From a virus (lineage: Duplodnaviria > Caudoviricetes), in the IMG/VR virus record IMGVR_UViG_3300038673_000242, positions 1 to 42,412 of that record: a stretch of DNA of 42,412 nucleotides, one strand, 5' to 3'. The notes beneath the pieces were generated by a model that saw only the letters and a list, made by a program, of their open reading frames with translations, searched no databases and was not told the origin of the DNA. Both the position numbers and the translations under genes were made by a program. Positions 8,738-18,451 of the stretch are shown one piece after another (the stretch's first letter is position 1; each line of letters begins with the position of its first letter).

Positions 8738-9784
8738 TTAACTCGTAGTATCAAAGGTACCTGCCTTAATCTTTGTAACCGCCTGACTGCCCAGAAATAC
8801 GTTCGATATGTAGTTCAACACATCATCTAGGTTTGTCAAATTGCCAAGTCCGGCACGTGCTGTTACCGTTACACCAGTTCCTGAGAAGGTTGCTGTCATT
8901 GTCCCATCTGCCGCGACCGTTACGTTCGAGCCGCCCTTTACTGCTCCAACCGCCGTTGCTGTTGCAACAGGCAATCTTCCTCTGTCGAGTGTTCCTGTCA
9001 GCAAGCTTACTGGAATTGCCGTTATCGGAATGGTTATATTCGCTGTACCATTAAAGCTTTGTGCTGTAGCCGTAACTCCGCTTAGTCCAATTGTTCTTGC
9101 CGTCTGCAACTTAGTCGCACTACCCGCATTTCCACTCGTAGGAATGCTTGCTGTGCCAGTCAACAGTGTTGCCGGTACACCTGTTATCACCAATGTCACA
9201 TTTCCGCTTCCATCGAAATTGACCGCCTGTGCAGTTACACCCGACAGCGCAAATGAACGCGCTGTTTTCAGTTTAGTCGCAGTGGCAGCATTACCTGTCG
9301 AATCCAGTGTTATTGTTCCCGTCAGCAGACTTGCGGGGACAGCGGTTATCGGGATTGTAATCGCTGAGGTTCCGTTAAACGACCGCGCCGTTGCAGTAAC
9401 ACCCGATAAGCCAATGCTTCTGCTAGTTTCTAACTGCGTTGCTTTTGTAGCCAGTGCTACGGCACCGTTGATTTTTCCACCGCTTATTGTCCCGCTGATA
9501 TCCGCTTCAGTAATTGCATCTTTGAAAGCTAGTGCCTTCAAATCGGCAAACCATTTTCTTACTTTGCCGAAGCCGACTTTCAGCGTTTCGCTCGCCGATA
9601 TATTCGTTCTGCTTCCATACACCACGCTTGCTATCGTTGCATCCTGTACCTGCGCCGAAGTAATCTTGGTGTCCTGTGTTTCCTTCAAATACTTTTCGTT
9701 CTCAGCGAGGTTGTTAAATATTTCGGGCTTCACTTCGTCTTGAATGCCATAGTTGCTTCTTGGTTCACTCCACGTTGCCATCAA
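8738..9784 (-). CDS. Tail fibre protein with three approx. 54-aa repeats
   Basis: Three ATKL.TAR..LSGVTA repeats; LPVAT...GAVKGG; C-terminus nearly identical to 6329..6997. Confidence 0.8.
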   Translation of the reverse strand: MMATWSEPRSNYGIQDEVKPEIFNNLAENEKYLKETQDTKITSAQVQDATIASVVYGSRTNISASETLKVGFGKVRKWFADLKALAFKDAITEADISGTISGGKINGAVALATKATQLETSRSIGLSGVTATARSFNGTSAITIPITAVPASLLTGTITLDSTGNAATATKLKTARSFALSGVTAQAVNFDGSGNVTLVITGVPATLLTGTASIPTSGNAGSATKLQTARTIGLSGVTATAQSFNGTANITIPITAIPVSLLTGTLDRGRLPVATATAVGAVKGGSNVTVAADGTMTATFSGTGVTVTARAGLGNLTNLDDVLNYISNVFLGSQAVTKIKAGTFDTTS

Positions 9785-11564
9785 TTAACCTCCCTCTTGT
9801 TTCTTGCTCTAATCCACCGTTAAATTTGTAACGGTTATATTCGTTTACACACTTGTCCTTCGCGCCGAATCGGTCGCTTGTAATAAATGTGTCTTGAAGC
9901 CCTAGCGAAGGGTCTCCGCGCCACGTGATTCGCACGTTGCCGTTGCCCTGCGCGAGCCTGTTCAAAATCAGTTCAGCAATTTCCTGCGCTTTTTCATAGC
10001 TTTGAATCAGGTCACTGCTTTCGTAAATGTATTCTTGCTTTCCCCACGCTTCGATGCTTTTTTCATCGGAAGCCACAACCGTTTGCGTTGATATACTCAT
10101 CGACATTCCTTGTATTTTCACCGTAGTCACCACCGCCGAAGCATTGTGGTTTTTCAACACAAATCTGCCGCTGTTTACGCCGCTCTCGAAATCAAGCAGT
10201 TCTATACCCGCACTTGGAAGGAAGCTAATTGCGGCATCGGTTATTAGTCCACCATAGTCAACCACGAGCGTTTTCTGCTCTCCCGCGTCTATGCTGACAT
10301 ATCCTTCGTATGCCGTTATCTGCGTTGTAGTCACTTCCACGTCGGTGTACGCTACTTCAACATAGTTGCAGAAATCCGTGTTCCGCGTATGCTTTTCGTA
10401 GCTTTTTATCTTGTTTGCACCGATTAGAACACCTGTTTCCCTAACTTTTTCTTTCTGTATCGTCAGAACATCGTTTCTGTCAAGGTACGCATTGCACAAC
10501 CCCGCATAGCAAACTGCTTGCAAGCTGTCCCAACTTGTCCCCTTCTGCAAAAATGCCCTGTCAACGTAATCCTGTTTCAACGCTTCGTCTATACTGAATT
10601 CGTTTTGCTTGAAACCGCTTTTTAGGAGAATGTCTTCAGCTATGTCGTATAGATTAGCCATATCCGTGTAAGGATAACCGATATACGTTATTCGTTGAAG
10701 ACGGTCTAGCTTGTCAACACACTTCAACTTCACCCATACATCGCTTTGTGGTACATTCCAGTCATCTGAATAAAACGTACCAAATTTTGTGTATTCAATG
10801 CTTCCATCCGCTTTTTCTACTCCGATAAACGGCACCACTTTCCTTCCGAGCAACACCAAAGATTTCAGGTACCCTCGGTCGAATTTTCTGTTTTTGTTGT
10901 ACAGCGTAAAGGACGCTGTATCGCTGTTTATTCCAAAGCCGATGTCTCCGTCCTTGCATAGTTCCTCTAGAATTTCAAATTCTTTCAGGTCTGCTCCGGT
11001 GTACTCCTCTTCGACTATGTCGAAAAATTGTAATAGTTTTGCCTTTGCGTTAGGTGCGCTCCACTTCAATATCGTTATCTTGACGGAAGTGATGCCAACA
11101 AGCGGTACCGCATAATAGATTTGGACACCGACCTTGTTGTTTCCGCGTATCGGTCGAGTGTCCACTAGCCTATTCCCTTGATACAAACTGATGTCAAAAT
11201 CTATCGGATATTGCCCCAATTTGTTATCTCCCAGTAACGTCCACCGAATCATCGGTCGTTCTATGAAATTTAGCTTTATCCACGGTGGATTGGCGAACAC
11301 TCCGTTTTCGTCACAATGAACATCTGACCACCATCCGGTAATCAAACCAGCACCGTTCATTTGATAGCCGCCGCCAATTGTGGAATTACCATCCATCGTA
11401 CAGGCTTTTATCGTGGGCGTGAGGAAACTCCCATACACCTGTTCAGGGTTTGATATTTCTCCGTTTCCTGATGTCTCCACCGACAAGTCCATTGACAGTT
11501 CGCTATCCGCGAAAATGATATTTACCTTCCCTAGTACGTGTCTTGGATTATCTGCATAGCTCAT
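9765..11564 (-). CDS. Tail tip / baseplate hub-type structural protein
   Basis: 599 aa after the distal tail protein; C-terminal WRGDP.L...D pattern. Confidence 0.65.
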   Translation of the reverse strand: MSYADNPRHVLGKVNIIFADSELSMDLSVETSGNGEISNPEQVYGSFLTPTIKACTMDGNSTIGGGYQMNGAGLITGWWSDVHCDENGVFANPPWIKLNFIERPMIRWTLLGDNKLGQYPIDFDISLYQGNRLVDTRPIRGNNKVGVQIYYAVPLVGITSVKITILKWSAPNAKAKLLQFFDIVEEEYTGADLKEFEILEELCKDGDIGFGINSDTASFTLYNKNRKFDRGYLKSLVLLGRKVVPFIGVEKADGSIEYTKFGTFYSDDWNVPQSDVWVKLKCVDKLDRLQRITYIGYPYTDMANLYDIAEDILLKSGFKQNEFSIDEALKQDYVDRAFLQKGTSWDSLQAVCYAGLCNAYLDRNDVLTIQKEKVRETGVLIGANKIKSYEKHTRNTDFCNYVEVAYTDVEVTTTQITAYEGYVSIDAGEQKTLVVDYGGLITDAAISFLPSAGIELLDFESGVNSGRFVLKNHNASAVVTTVKIQGMSMSISTQTVVASDEKSIEAWGKQEYIYESSDLIQSYEKAQEIAELILNRLAQGNGNVRITWRGDPSLGLQDTFITSDRFGAKDKCVNEYNRYKFNGGLEQETRGRLIDGNVE

Positions 11565-11567
11565 TTA

Positions 11568-11927
11568 CTACCTCTCTTCGAACGATACGCTGACTTCCTT
11601 CCATAGAACAGTCATCATCCTTCCGTCATAATACGGCGTGTAGCTGATTTCGCCCGCATGTCCGGTTATGCTTCGCAGTGCTCCGCTTTCGGTGTCCTGA
11701 TATTCCACCACAGGAAAAGCATCGCCGTTCACTTCGTCTACCAGTTTTTTTAGGTCGCTAGTCGTTAAGTAGTCCCATGTAAACGACACCTTGTTTTTTA
11801 CAGCAATTATGTCCGCTACTAAGGTGCCGTCTATGGTTCTATCCGTCTTTTGTATTTTGAATTTCGACTGTGTTATTTCGGTCGGGTTGCGTGATAATGA
11901 CTTACTGTTTATTCTAAAAAAGTCCAT
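11568..11927 (-). CDS. Distal tail protein-like
   Basis: Follows tape measure; RT.DG....D.IA.K....W..L pattern. Confidence 0.65.
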   Translation of the reverse strand: MDFFRINSKSLSRNPTEITQSKFKIQKTDRTIDGTLVADIIAVKNKVSFTWDYLTTSDLKKLVDEVNGDAFPVVEYQDTESGALRSITGHAGEISYTPYYDGRMMTVLWKEVSVSFEER

Positions 11928-14666
11928 TTATATGCCCTCCAACACTATGCCATTTCGCTTGAATTCCTTTGTTAAACTCGGCAGGATAACCCTTGCGAAT
12001 ACTTGTCCGTCTATCGATAGTTCAACGGGTTCGTTGCTTCCCCTGTTTGTGCTCTGCATCATACTTATTGCGCCAAGCATACTATTCAGCATTCCTGCTT
12101 CGTCCTTTTGCGGGACGTTAACACCTCCAAGATTTGCCAAAGTCATTGCCGTCATATCTACTGCCGTTTCTATATCAGGCAAATTTGTCTTGATGCCATC
12201 TGCGAACATATCCATCATGTTGGGCATCCATTCATCCGCCGTGTGTCCGGGTCCCTTTTTAGTCGGAGAACTGAAACCAAGAAAATCTTTGATTTTCTGT
12301 CCCACGCTTTTGATGCTGTCACCAACCCATTCTATAGCATCGTTGATACCGTTTACTATGCACTGAATTAGGTTTTTACCCCAATCGTATGCCCGCTTGA
12401 ACAGATTGCTAAACCAGTCGCCGATTTTGCCAAATATACCTGTTATCGCATCCCAAATGTTGACGGCACCGTTCTTGATTCCTGACCATAAGTTCGTAAA
12501 CCAATTGCCAACAACCTCGCAAATCCGCTTCGCTTCGGCGACAAAATCGACACCAAAACTGCTGAAAAAACCGAGAAATGCATCGACAAACCCTTTTGCG
12601 AAGTTTTTCATTGCTTCCCACATATGCGAGAAGAAGCTTTTGACTGAATCACCCGCGCTCTTCATGTGCTCCCACGCCCCATCTAGGTCGCCAGTAAGCA
12701 AACAAACGATTGCTCCGACTACGTCAATGACAATTTGTAGCACGTCGAGCGAAGCTTGAATCAAGGGACCAAGAGCCTGAATTATGCCGTTGAAACAGCC
12801 TATCGCCGCACCCAAAAGTGTGGCTAAGGCAGCACCGACCACTTTCAAAAGTGGTTCTAGTAGCACCCAGAGTTCCTGCATCAAATTCCATAATGACGCA
12901 AAAACCGACTTAACTTGCTCCCATATCGGTGTGAGGTATCCAAGAAAAACGGTAACGCTTTTGATGATTTGGTCGAGCACCAAAACTATTACGTCCCATA
13001 TGGTATTGAAAATGGTTTTCACGCTCTCCCACAGCCGCGCTCCGTTTGCTTCCCACCATGCGACTATGAACGATATTGCCGACACAATCGCCTGCTTTAT
13101 TCCGTTCCATATCTGAACGACAGCGTCACGGAATTCCTTATTGTTCTCCCACAGATATAGAATGCTAGAGACAAACTTTTGCACCAGAGAGACAATAACT
13201 CCGACTACGAACACAATCACATCCGCCATTTTTTGAAAAACGGCTTTTACTGACTGTAAAACCATTTCGCCGTTAGTGTCCCACCAAGCCTTTATCGCGC
13301 TAAGTGCTTTGATTATCCCGCTTTTGACTTTGTTCCACAGCTTCAGCACCTTTGCTCGGAAATCTTCATTCGTCTTGAACAAATAAAGGAATGCCGCACC
13401 GAGTGCTATTACCGCAACTATCAGAAGTCCTATTGGTGATGCGCACATGCTTATCAGCTTCACCACTTTACTTCCCACCTTGACAATTTTGCCAAGCGCA
13501 AGGAAAGCGGGTCCTATTGCCGCCGCCACCATAGCTATTTTGACTACAAGTTCCTTTGACACTGTTGCTAATCCCTGAAACTTTTCCAATAGCGGCATCA
13601 TGTATTTTTCCATGAGTTCGCGCATCATTGGGATTAGTATGTCACCTATCGAAATAGCTACCTCTTCCATCATCGACTTCATCAATTTTGCGGAGCCTTG
13701 CATGGTATTAACCTGCTTTGCCGCCATCTCCGTTGCCGAGTTTGTTTCTGTTATTGCTTCAGTGTTTTCTCGAATTGCATCGCCACCTTGCGCTAACAGT
13801 GCCATCATTCCGGGACCTGCTCGCGCGCCGAACACTTCCATAGCCTGAGCGGTCGTTAAGCCTGATTCGCGCAGTCTATCAACTATATCCGCAAAACTAT
13901 TGGTCGTCGGGTCGAGGTCTTTCAATTGCAACCCCAGTTCCTCGAATATTTTTTTAGCACTAGTCGACGGATTCATAAGCGCAACAAGTGATTGCCTTAA
14001 CGATGTACCCGCCATGCTTCCATCATAGCCCGCGTTATACAATACAGACAGTGCACCTGTTGTTTCTTCAAGGCTCCAACCTAAGCTGTTCGCTACGGGT
14101 CCTACGTATGCCATCGAATTTCCAAGCTTTTCTAGCGTTGCTTGCGAATAGCCGATTGCCGCCGCGAATACATTTGATACTCGCTCCGCTTCACTTGATT
14201 CCAGTTGAAACTGGTTTAGCGTTGCGATGACGGTATCTGTCGTGTACGCCAAGTCATTCTGTGTTGCTGATGCCAAATTCAGTATTGGCTGAATAGCTTC
14301 TGCCATCTGTTCGGCTTTGTAGCCCGCTGATGCCATATAGTACATAGCATCCGCCGCTTCGCTTGCGCTAAACACCGTTGTCTTGCCCATCTCGCGAGCA
14401 ACATCGGTCATTTTTTGCAACTCTTCGCCGGTTGCGCCCGATACAGATGCCGCGTTCGCCATTGATTGTTCGAACTCACCACTTGTCTTTAGTGCTTGTT
14501 TTGCTAACATAACAAGTGGCATCGTCACTTTCATTGTTAATGACGTGCCTATCCCGGTGAGACTCGAACTCAGTTTCTGCAACTTCGTCTGTGCTGTTTT
14601 TAGTCCTTTACTTAAACCCGAAATGTCAGCTCCGATTTTTACTACTAAATTTCGAATTACTGCCAA
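11928..14666 (-). CDS. Tape measure protein (TP901-type core), TTG start
   Basis: 912 aa; FSASEAA.AM..A.AG, GS.AGT.LR motifs; W/F-spaced helical repeats; GF.SP C-terminal motif. Confidence 0.95.
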   Translation of the reverse strand: MAVIRNLVVKIGADISGLSKGLKTAQTKLQKLSSSLTGIGTSLTMKVTMPLVMLAKQALKTSGEFEQSMANAASVSGATGEELQKMTDVAREMGKTTVFSASEAADAMYYMASAGYKAEQMAEAIQPILNLASATQNDLAYTTDTVIATLNQFQLESSEAERVSNVFAAAIGYSQATLEKLGNSMAYVGPVANSLGWSLEETTGALSVLYNAGYDGSMAGTSLRQSLVALMNPSTSAKKIFEELGLQLKDLDPTTNSFADIVDRLRESGLTTAQAMEVFGARAGPGMMALLAQGGDAIRENTEAITETNSATEMAAKQVNTMQGSAKLMKSMMEEVAISIGDILIPMMRELMEKYMMPLLEKFQGLATVSKELVVKIAMVAAAIGPAFLALGKIVKVGSKVVKLISMCASPIGLLIVAVIALGAAFLYLFKTNEDFRAKVLKLWNKVKSGIIKALSAIKAWWDTNGEMVLQSVKAVFQKMADVIVFVVGVIVSLVQKFVSSILYLWENNKEFRDAVVQIWNGIKQAIVSAISFIVAWWEANGARLWESVKTIFNTIWDVIVLVLDQIIKSVTVFLGYLTPIWEQVKSVFASLWNLMQELWVLLEPLLKVVGAALATLLGAAIGCFNGIIQALGPLIQASLDVLQIVIDVVGAIVCLLTGDLDGAWEHMKSAGDSVKSFFSHMWEAMKNFAKGFVDAFLGFFSSFGVDFVAEAKRICEVVGNWFTNLWSGIKNGAVNIWDAITGIFGKIGDWFSNLFKRAYDWGKNLIQCIVNGINDAIEWVGDSIKSVGQKIKDFLGFSSPTKKGPGHTADEWMPNMMDMFADGIKTNLPDIETAVDMTAMTLANLGGVNVPQKDEAGMLNSMLGAISMMQSTNRGSNEPVELSIDGQVFARVILPSLTKEFKRNGIVLEGI

Positions 14667-14712
14667 AGTCTCACCCCCTTATTTTTGTCAAGTTTTTATG
14701 CCAACTTTTTTC

Positions 14713-15042
14713 CTAAAGGAAAACGCCCTTTTCTCTTGCCATCGCCAACAGCACCATATCTCCGCGTGTTTTTTTCTTCGAAGGATTGTCTATTTCCCTG
14801 AGCACTTTGTTGAGACGCGGTAGCTTTTTTTGCCGTGCAAAGTATTCCGTATAGTACGCTTGGGTTATTTCCGCCTTTAGTTTTTCCTTCGCCTTAAACG
14901 CATAGTTATCGGCAATCAGGCTTACTTCAAACGGTGTATAATCCCAAGCGGCTATCGGATCGAGTCCAAGACTCCGTATGGCAAACAGATAATAATCGTT
15001 TATGCCCCAGCCATTATCCGAGACTGGGGTGTTCAGTTTTTT
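14713..15042 (-). CDS. Tail assembly chaperone frameshift extension (gpT-like), reached by -1 frameshift
   Basis: Open -1 frame with no own start: LNTPVSDNGWG...LGLDPIAAWDYTPFEV...KGVFL*. Confidence 0.75.
   Translation of the reverse strand, partial: KKLNTPVSDNGWGINDYYLFAIRSLGLDPIAAWDYTPFEVSLIADNYAFKAKEKLKAEITQAYYTEYFARQKKLPRLNKVLREIDNPSKKKTRGDMVLLAMAREKGVFL
15005..15042 (-). other. Programmed -1 ribosomal frameshift signal
   Basis: A_AAA_AAC heptamer (15042-15036) followed 6 nt later by CCCCAGTC/GGCTGGGG stem-loop (15029-15005). Confidence 0.8.
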
Positions 15043-15329
15043 TCTTTGCTCCCGAACGCAACAGTGAACGCTTCACCAAGCTTCTGTGCTATCGTCCCTA
15101 TATCCGAATAATCGTCTATAAGTTCTCCCACCTTCTCGGGTGTCAGTTCGTTGTCTTCGTGGCATAACCCTGCGTACAGGATTGTACGAAGGTCTTTCAT
15201 CGACATGTTTTCCAGGTCAAGCTTCGTTATTGGCATTCCTGTCAACTCCTCGACCTTCACCAGTGCGTTCATGCCGTACCTAAGGTTTCTTGCCTTGTCA
15301 AGCTCAACCGTAACTGTTTTCTTTGCCAT
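15033..15329 (-). CDS. Tail assembly chaperone (gpG-like)
   Basis: Between tail tube and TMP; L.YG.NAL..EE..G pattern; ends at the slippery site. Confidence 0.85.
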   Translation of the reverse strand: MAKKTVTVELDKARNLRYGMNALVKVEELTGMPITKLDLENMSMKDLRTILYAGLCHEDNELTPEKVGELIDDYSDIGTIAQKLGEAFTVAFGSKEKN

Positions 15330-15342
15330 ACTCTACTTCCTC

Positions 15343-15735
15343 CTAGTTAAACGAAATAATGCCGTTCCCAGTAAACTCAATCGTTACGGAAACTACGTCA
15401 TCGACGGGGTCTTCAATGCTCAGCGAACTGATAATTGCTTTGCCGCCGTAATAGTGCGTGCTATCCACATAAAACTGAACGTCCACAACCGTGCCGTTCA
15501 TATACGCTTCCTGCAACGCCGCCTGTCCTGCTTGGTCAGCGTGGATGTTGAAATCACCGTCAGCTGATGCCGTCCACTCTTTCAATCCGGCGATGTAACT
15601 CTTCCAGTCCTCGCCCAGTGCCGTTGTTTCGAGCGTGTCAAGCGAAAGGTCTATTGACCAGTTTTTGATGCCTACAACGGTTGCGGGGTTTTCGTTCCCA
15701 AGAGCGACCTTCCCGCTTTTTCCTGCTATTGCCAT
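15343..15735 (-). CDS. Major tail (tube) protein
   Basis: Start MAIAGKSG; W.I......ETT....WK.YI.GLKEW, F.G.G motifs. Confidence 0.85.
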   Translation of the reverse strand: MAIAGKSGKVALGNENPATVVGIKNWSIDLSLDTLETTALGEDWKSYIAGLKEWTASADGDFNIHADQAGQAALQEAYMNGTVVDVQFYVDSTHYYGGKAIISSLSIEDPVDDVVSVTIEFTGNGIISFN

Positions 15736-15739
15736 TTTG

Positions 15740-16150
15740 TTATTCCTCCATATAATCAAATTCGAATTCGAGTATCCGAGAATACTCTTCTGTTTTGTAA
15801 TTTGTCATCGTGTCGCCACTAGACGATAGGTCACTGAGCGTATGTGTTGCCTGAATGTTTACACCACACATATCTCCGCTCAAATCTTGCAGCACTCCCT
15901 TCAAAACGCGCCCTGTGTGGCGCGCTTTGCCGAAGGTTGTGTTATGTACTGTGAACTGTACTATTTGCCTTACAAAGCCCGTTTGGCGTTGCAATCCGTC
16001 CCCATATGTTGTCGTTATTGGCGTGTACACTATCGCAGGAAGCTTTGGCTGTTGTGGAAGCAAAAATGGATAAATCCTGTCACCGACAGCCTTCTGCAAT
16101 TCCCTGTTCTGAAGTAGGTACTGTGTCATGCTTTCAAAAAAGTCCATCAC
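15740..16150 (-). CDS. Tail terminator (DUF3168-like)
   Basis: V..RIYP..LP....P.I.Y pattern; position. Confidence 0.75.
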   Translation of the reverse strand: MMDFFESMTQYLLQNRELQKAVGDRIYPFLLPQQPKLPAIVYTPITTTYGDGLQRQTGFVRQIVQFTVHNTTFGKARHTGRVLKGVLQDLSGDMCGVNIQATHTLSDLSSSGDTMTNYKTEEYSRILEFEFDYMEE

Positions 16151-16548
16151 ATTTTCCTCCCCACCGCATCAGCTATTTCCTCTGATATCGCTTCGTTTAT
16201 TTTGACAATATTGTCATCAACTGCTTGCCGCATGAACGGATTGGCTGGCCTACCACGTGCGCCCAGTTCTACGAATGTGCCGTATTTCAAGCTCTTGTCA
16301 TAATCAATTTTGACATCTGCTTTTGTCGGTTTCTTGGTATTCTCCGCCATGTTTAAGCTGTCTCTCAACGCACCAGTGTCGACTGGACATCTGTTTTTTG
16401 CTTCATCAAGGGCAATTTCGCCCCCTGCTTTAGCCGCCTGCATCAGCACGTTCCCTGCCGCTTCGTCCATTGTCTTTAGCCGCCTAACAATTTTTTGTCC
16501 GCCTTCAAGACTAACCTTGACTTTCCTTTGCTTCGCGCTGTATCCCAT
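16147..16548 (-). CDS. HK97 gp10-like tail completion protein
   Basis: PVDTGALRDS, FVE.G, PF.R.A motifs. Confidence 0.85.
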   Translation of the reverse strand: MGYSAKQRKVKVSLEGGQKIVRRLKTMDEAAGNVLMQAAKAGGEIALDEAKNRCPVDTGALRDSLNMAENTKKPTKADVKIDYDKSLKYGTFVELGARGRPANPFMRQAVDDNIVKINEAISEEIADAVGRKM

Positions 16549-16864
16549 CGATAATCTCCTTCACTCGCACTTCCGTCCAACGGTGATTCGTTACGATATC
16601 CTTCACTGCTATCACCTCGTAATATTTCCCCTCGTACAGAATGCGGTGCTTTAATGACATAGCAGGATAAAAACGCATCGTTATTACTGCTTCCTGGACA
16701 CCTTGCTCCTGTTGATTGACTAGATTTTCTCTCCCTACGCCAGGTGCTATATTCGCCCAAACACGTCCAACGATTATCCAGTCCCCAACTTCCGCGCCGA
16801 AGCTGTCTCTCTCAACGCGGTGCTCTAGGACGCATATCCTTCTGTTCAGTTCACCAATAGTCAT
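16511..16864 (-). CDS. Head closure / head-tail adaptor
   Basis: G.LN.RI, D..G, WA.I, RI.Y.G..Y.I motifs. Confidence 0.85.
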   Translation of the reverse strand: MTIGELNRRICVLEHRVERDSFGAEVGDWIIVGRVWANIAPGVGRENLVNQQEQGVQEAVITMRFYPAMSLKHRILYEGKYYEVIAVKDIVTNHRWTEVRVKEIIDGIQREAKESQG

Positions 16865-17148
16865 CAGAAACTCTCCTTGCGATATGCGAAAGTCATTCGC
16901 CGTATTAGGTCAATCAGGTCTGCGGTATTCAGTCCGTCTTTGCCGCCTTGACGATTTTCGTATAAGGTTGCAACAGTTAAAAGCACCGCTTGCCGTACAG
17001 TTTCGGGTATCGTTTCAAACTCCGTCAGTTTCCTGCGCAATATGTCTTCGACCAATTCTGTTGCCATAAGAATAAGCGAGGTGACGAGGTTGTTTTCCTC
17101 GTCACCATCTATCCTCAAATACGCCTTTACTTCGTCAAGCTCAAACAT
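16864..17148 (-). CDS. Head-tail connector (gp6/gp15-like)
   Basis: K.YLRID..EE.LI..L..A; A.L..VA.LYENR. Confidence 0.85.
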   Translation of the reverse strand: MFELDEVKAYLRIDGDEENNLVTSLILMATELVEDILRRKLTEFETIPETVRQAVLLTVATLYENRQGGKDGLNTADLIDLIRRMTFAYRKESF

Positions 17149-17150
17149 GG

Positions 17151-18440
17151 TCAGTTCCTCTTTGCCAACGCGACAAACGGAGAGACCGATGCGCTTCCCT
17201 TATACGGAACGAGCGGCTTATTCCACATAGGCTGTCCGTCCACACGATAAATGAAGCGGAACACGTTTTCGTCGTACAAAAATCGCACGTGAATCGAACT
17301 TGCAGACTGCAAGCCACCCTTGTCAATCAGCAAATACTGGCTGACATCGGCAAGGATAATATCGCCTACTTCGCCCGCCGCCGAACACTGTTCAAGCGGA
17401 ACAACAGGACGACCAAACAAAGTGCCATAAGGTTTCTCCGACAAGCCGCCTGCGGGAATATACACGGGTTTATCTCCGATTTTGAGCGTATAAAGGTACG
17501 GTTCGAGTTCTTGGTTAATGTACCAAACGCAATTCGCTCTGCTTCTTGCCCACATGCGATTCCACATTTTAATGAGGTTTTCAACCGTGATTTTATCGGT
17601 CTGATTTGCTTCCTTTGCTACGCTCACCAATGCGCCGCAGTTCAAAATTCCGAGCGGTTCGCCAACGCCAGTGCCCGTGAGAATTGCATCGTCAATCTTG
17701 AAGCCAAATTCTTCCGCGAAGGCTTCTCTAATAACGCTTTCCAACGCGGCGGCATCTTGCAAAAGTTCATCCGTTGCATAGCACAAGCCGGTCAGCTTTT
17801 TGAGCGACAACTCCATTTGTCTGAATTTGGGTTTGCTTCCTGTGATTTCGTCTGCTTCACCTTCCCAGTAGGTCTGAATGCCCCCCCAACGGCTACCGTC
17901 CGCACGGCTCTCTTCATCAACACTGTTGATTTTCAAACCATTACTTCCCGCCGAAATAGGGATTTTCTTTACCTTGCTTGCGAGAATACCCGTCTCGTAG
18001 GTGCGCTTCAACAGCGTTGACACAAAGTCCTGCTGAACAAGGAAGCCACCATCACTGGGCGTGGTTTCGTTTGCACCGCTTGCCGCTCTGTTTGAGAGGC
18101 GCGGGTCAACCTTTCCGCCAGGAGCCGCTGAACGATAAACAGCCATCATCTGTTCGCCGAGACTGGCAAATCGCTTTGCGGTATCAGTGGTGTTGCTCTT
18201 CACTTCCGGTTCGTCTTCCTTGTCCTCTTGTCTGTTCTCAGGCTCGTAGGCAAGCATTTTTTTCGAGCGCGAAATGCTTTCGTCCCAGTTCCTGATTTCG
18301 GCTTCAAGCTTATCGATGTCTTCTTTCTCGCTTTCGCTCAAAAACCTCGACTCGTCCTCTGTCTTTTGCAGAATAGCCATCGCCTTAAGGCGACAGTCTT
18401 CTCTTTTTGCTTCCATTTCCATGACCTTCTTAATATTCAT
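17151..18440 (-). CDS. Major capsid protein, HK97 fold
   Basis: N-terminal coiled-coil delta domain, GGFLV, WEGE, TDELLQDA, LFGRPV; start reassigned to MNIKK by RBS. Confidence 0.93.
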   Translation of the reverse strand: MNIKKVMEMEAKREDCRLKAMAILQKTEDESRFLSESEKEDIDKLEAEIRNWDESISRSKKMLAYEPENRQEDKEDEPEVKSNTTDTAKRFASLGEQMMAVYRSAAPGGKVDPRLSNRAASGANETTPSDGGFLVQQDFVSTLLKRTYETGILASKVKKIPISAGSNGLKINSVDEESRADGSRWGGIQTYWEGEADEITGSKPKFRQMELSLKKLTGLCYATDELLQDAAALESVIREAFAEEFGFKIDDAILTGTGVGEPLGILNCGALVSVAKEANQTDKITVENLIKMWNRMWARSRANCVWYINQELEPYLYTLKIGDKPVYIPAGGLSEKPYGTLFGRPVVPLEQCSAAGEVGDIILADVSQYLLIDKGGLQSASSIHVRFLYDENVFRFIYRVDGQPMWNKPLVPYKGSASVSPFVALAKRN

Positions 18441-18451
18441 TGTTTCCTCCA

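Noticed and set aside
5237-9784. Diversity-generating retroelement suggested by Mtd_N-like domains and duplicated fibre ends
   Set aside because: No reverse transcriptase in the window, and differences between the duplicated segments are mostly synonymous and not adenine-specific.
6329-9784. Invertible tail-fibre shufflon driven by the serine recombinases
   Set aside because: All fibre genes are co-oriented with their own starts; no inverted cassettes or crossover repeats seen.
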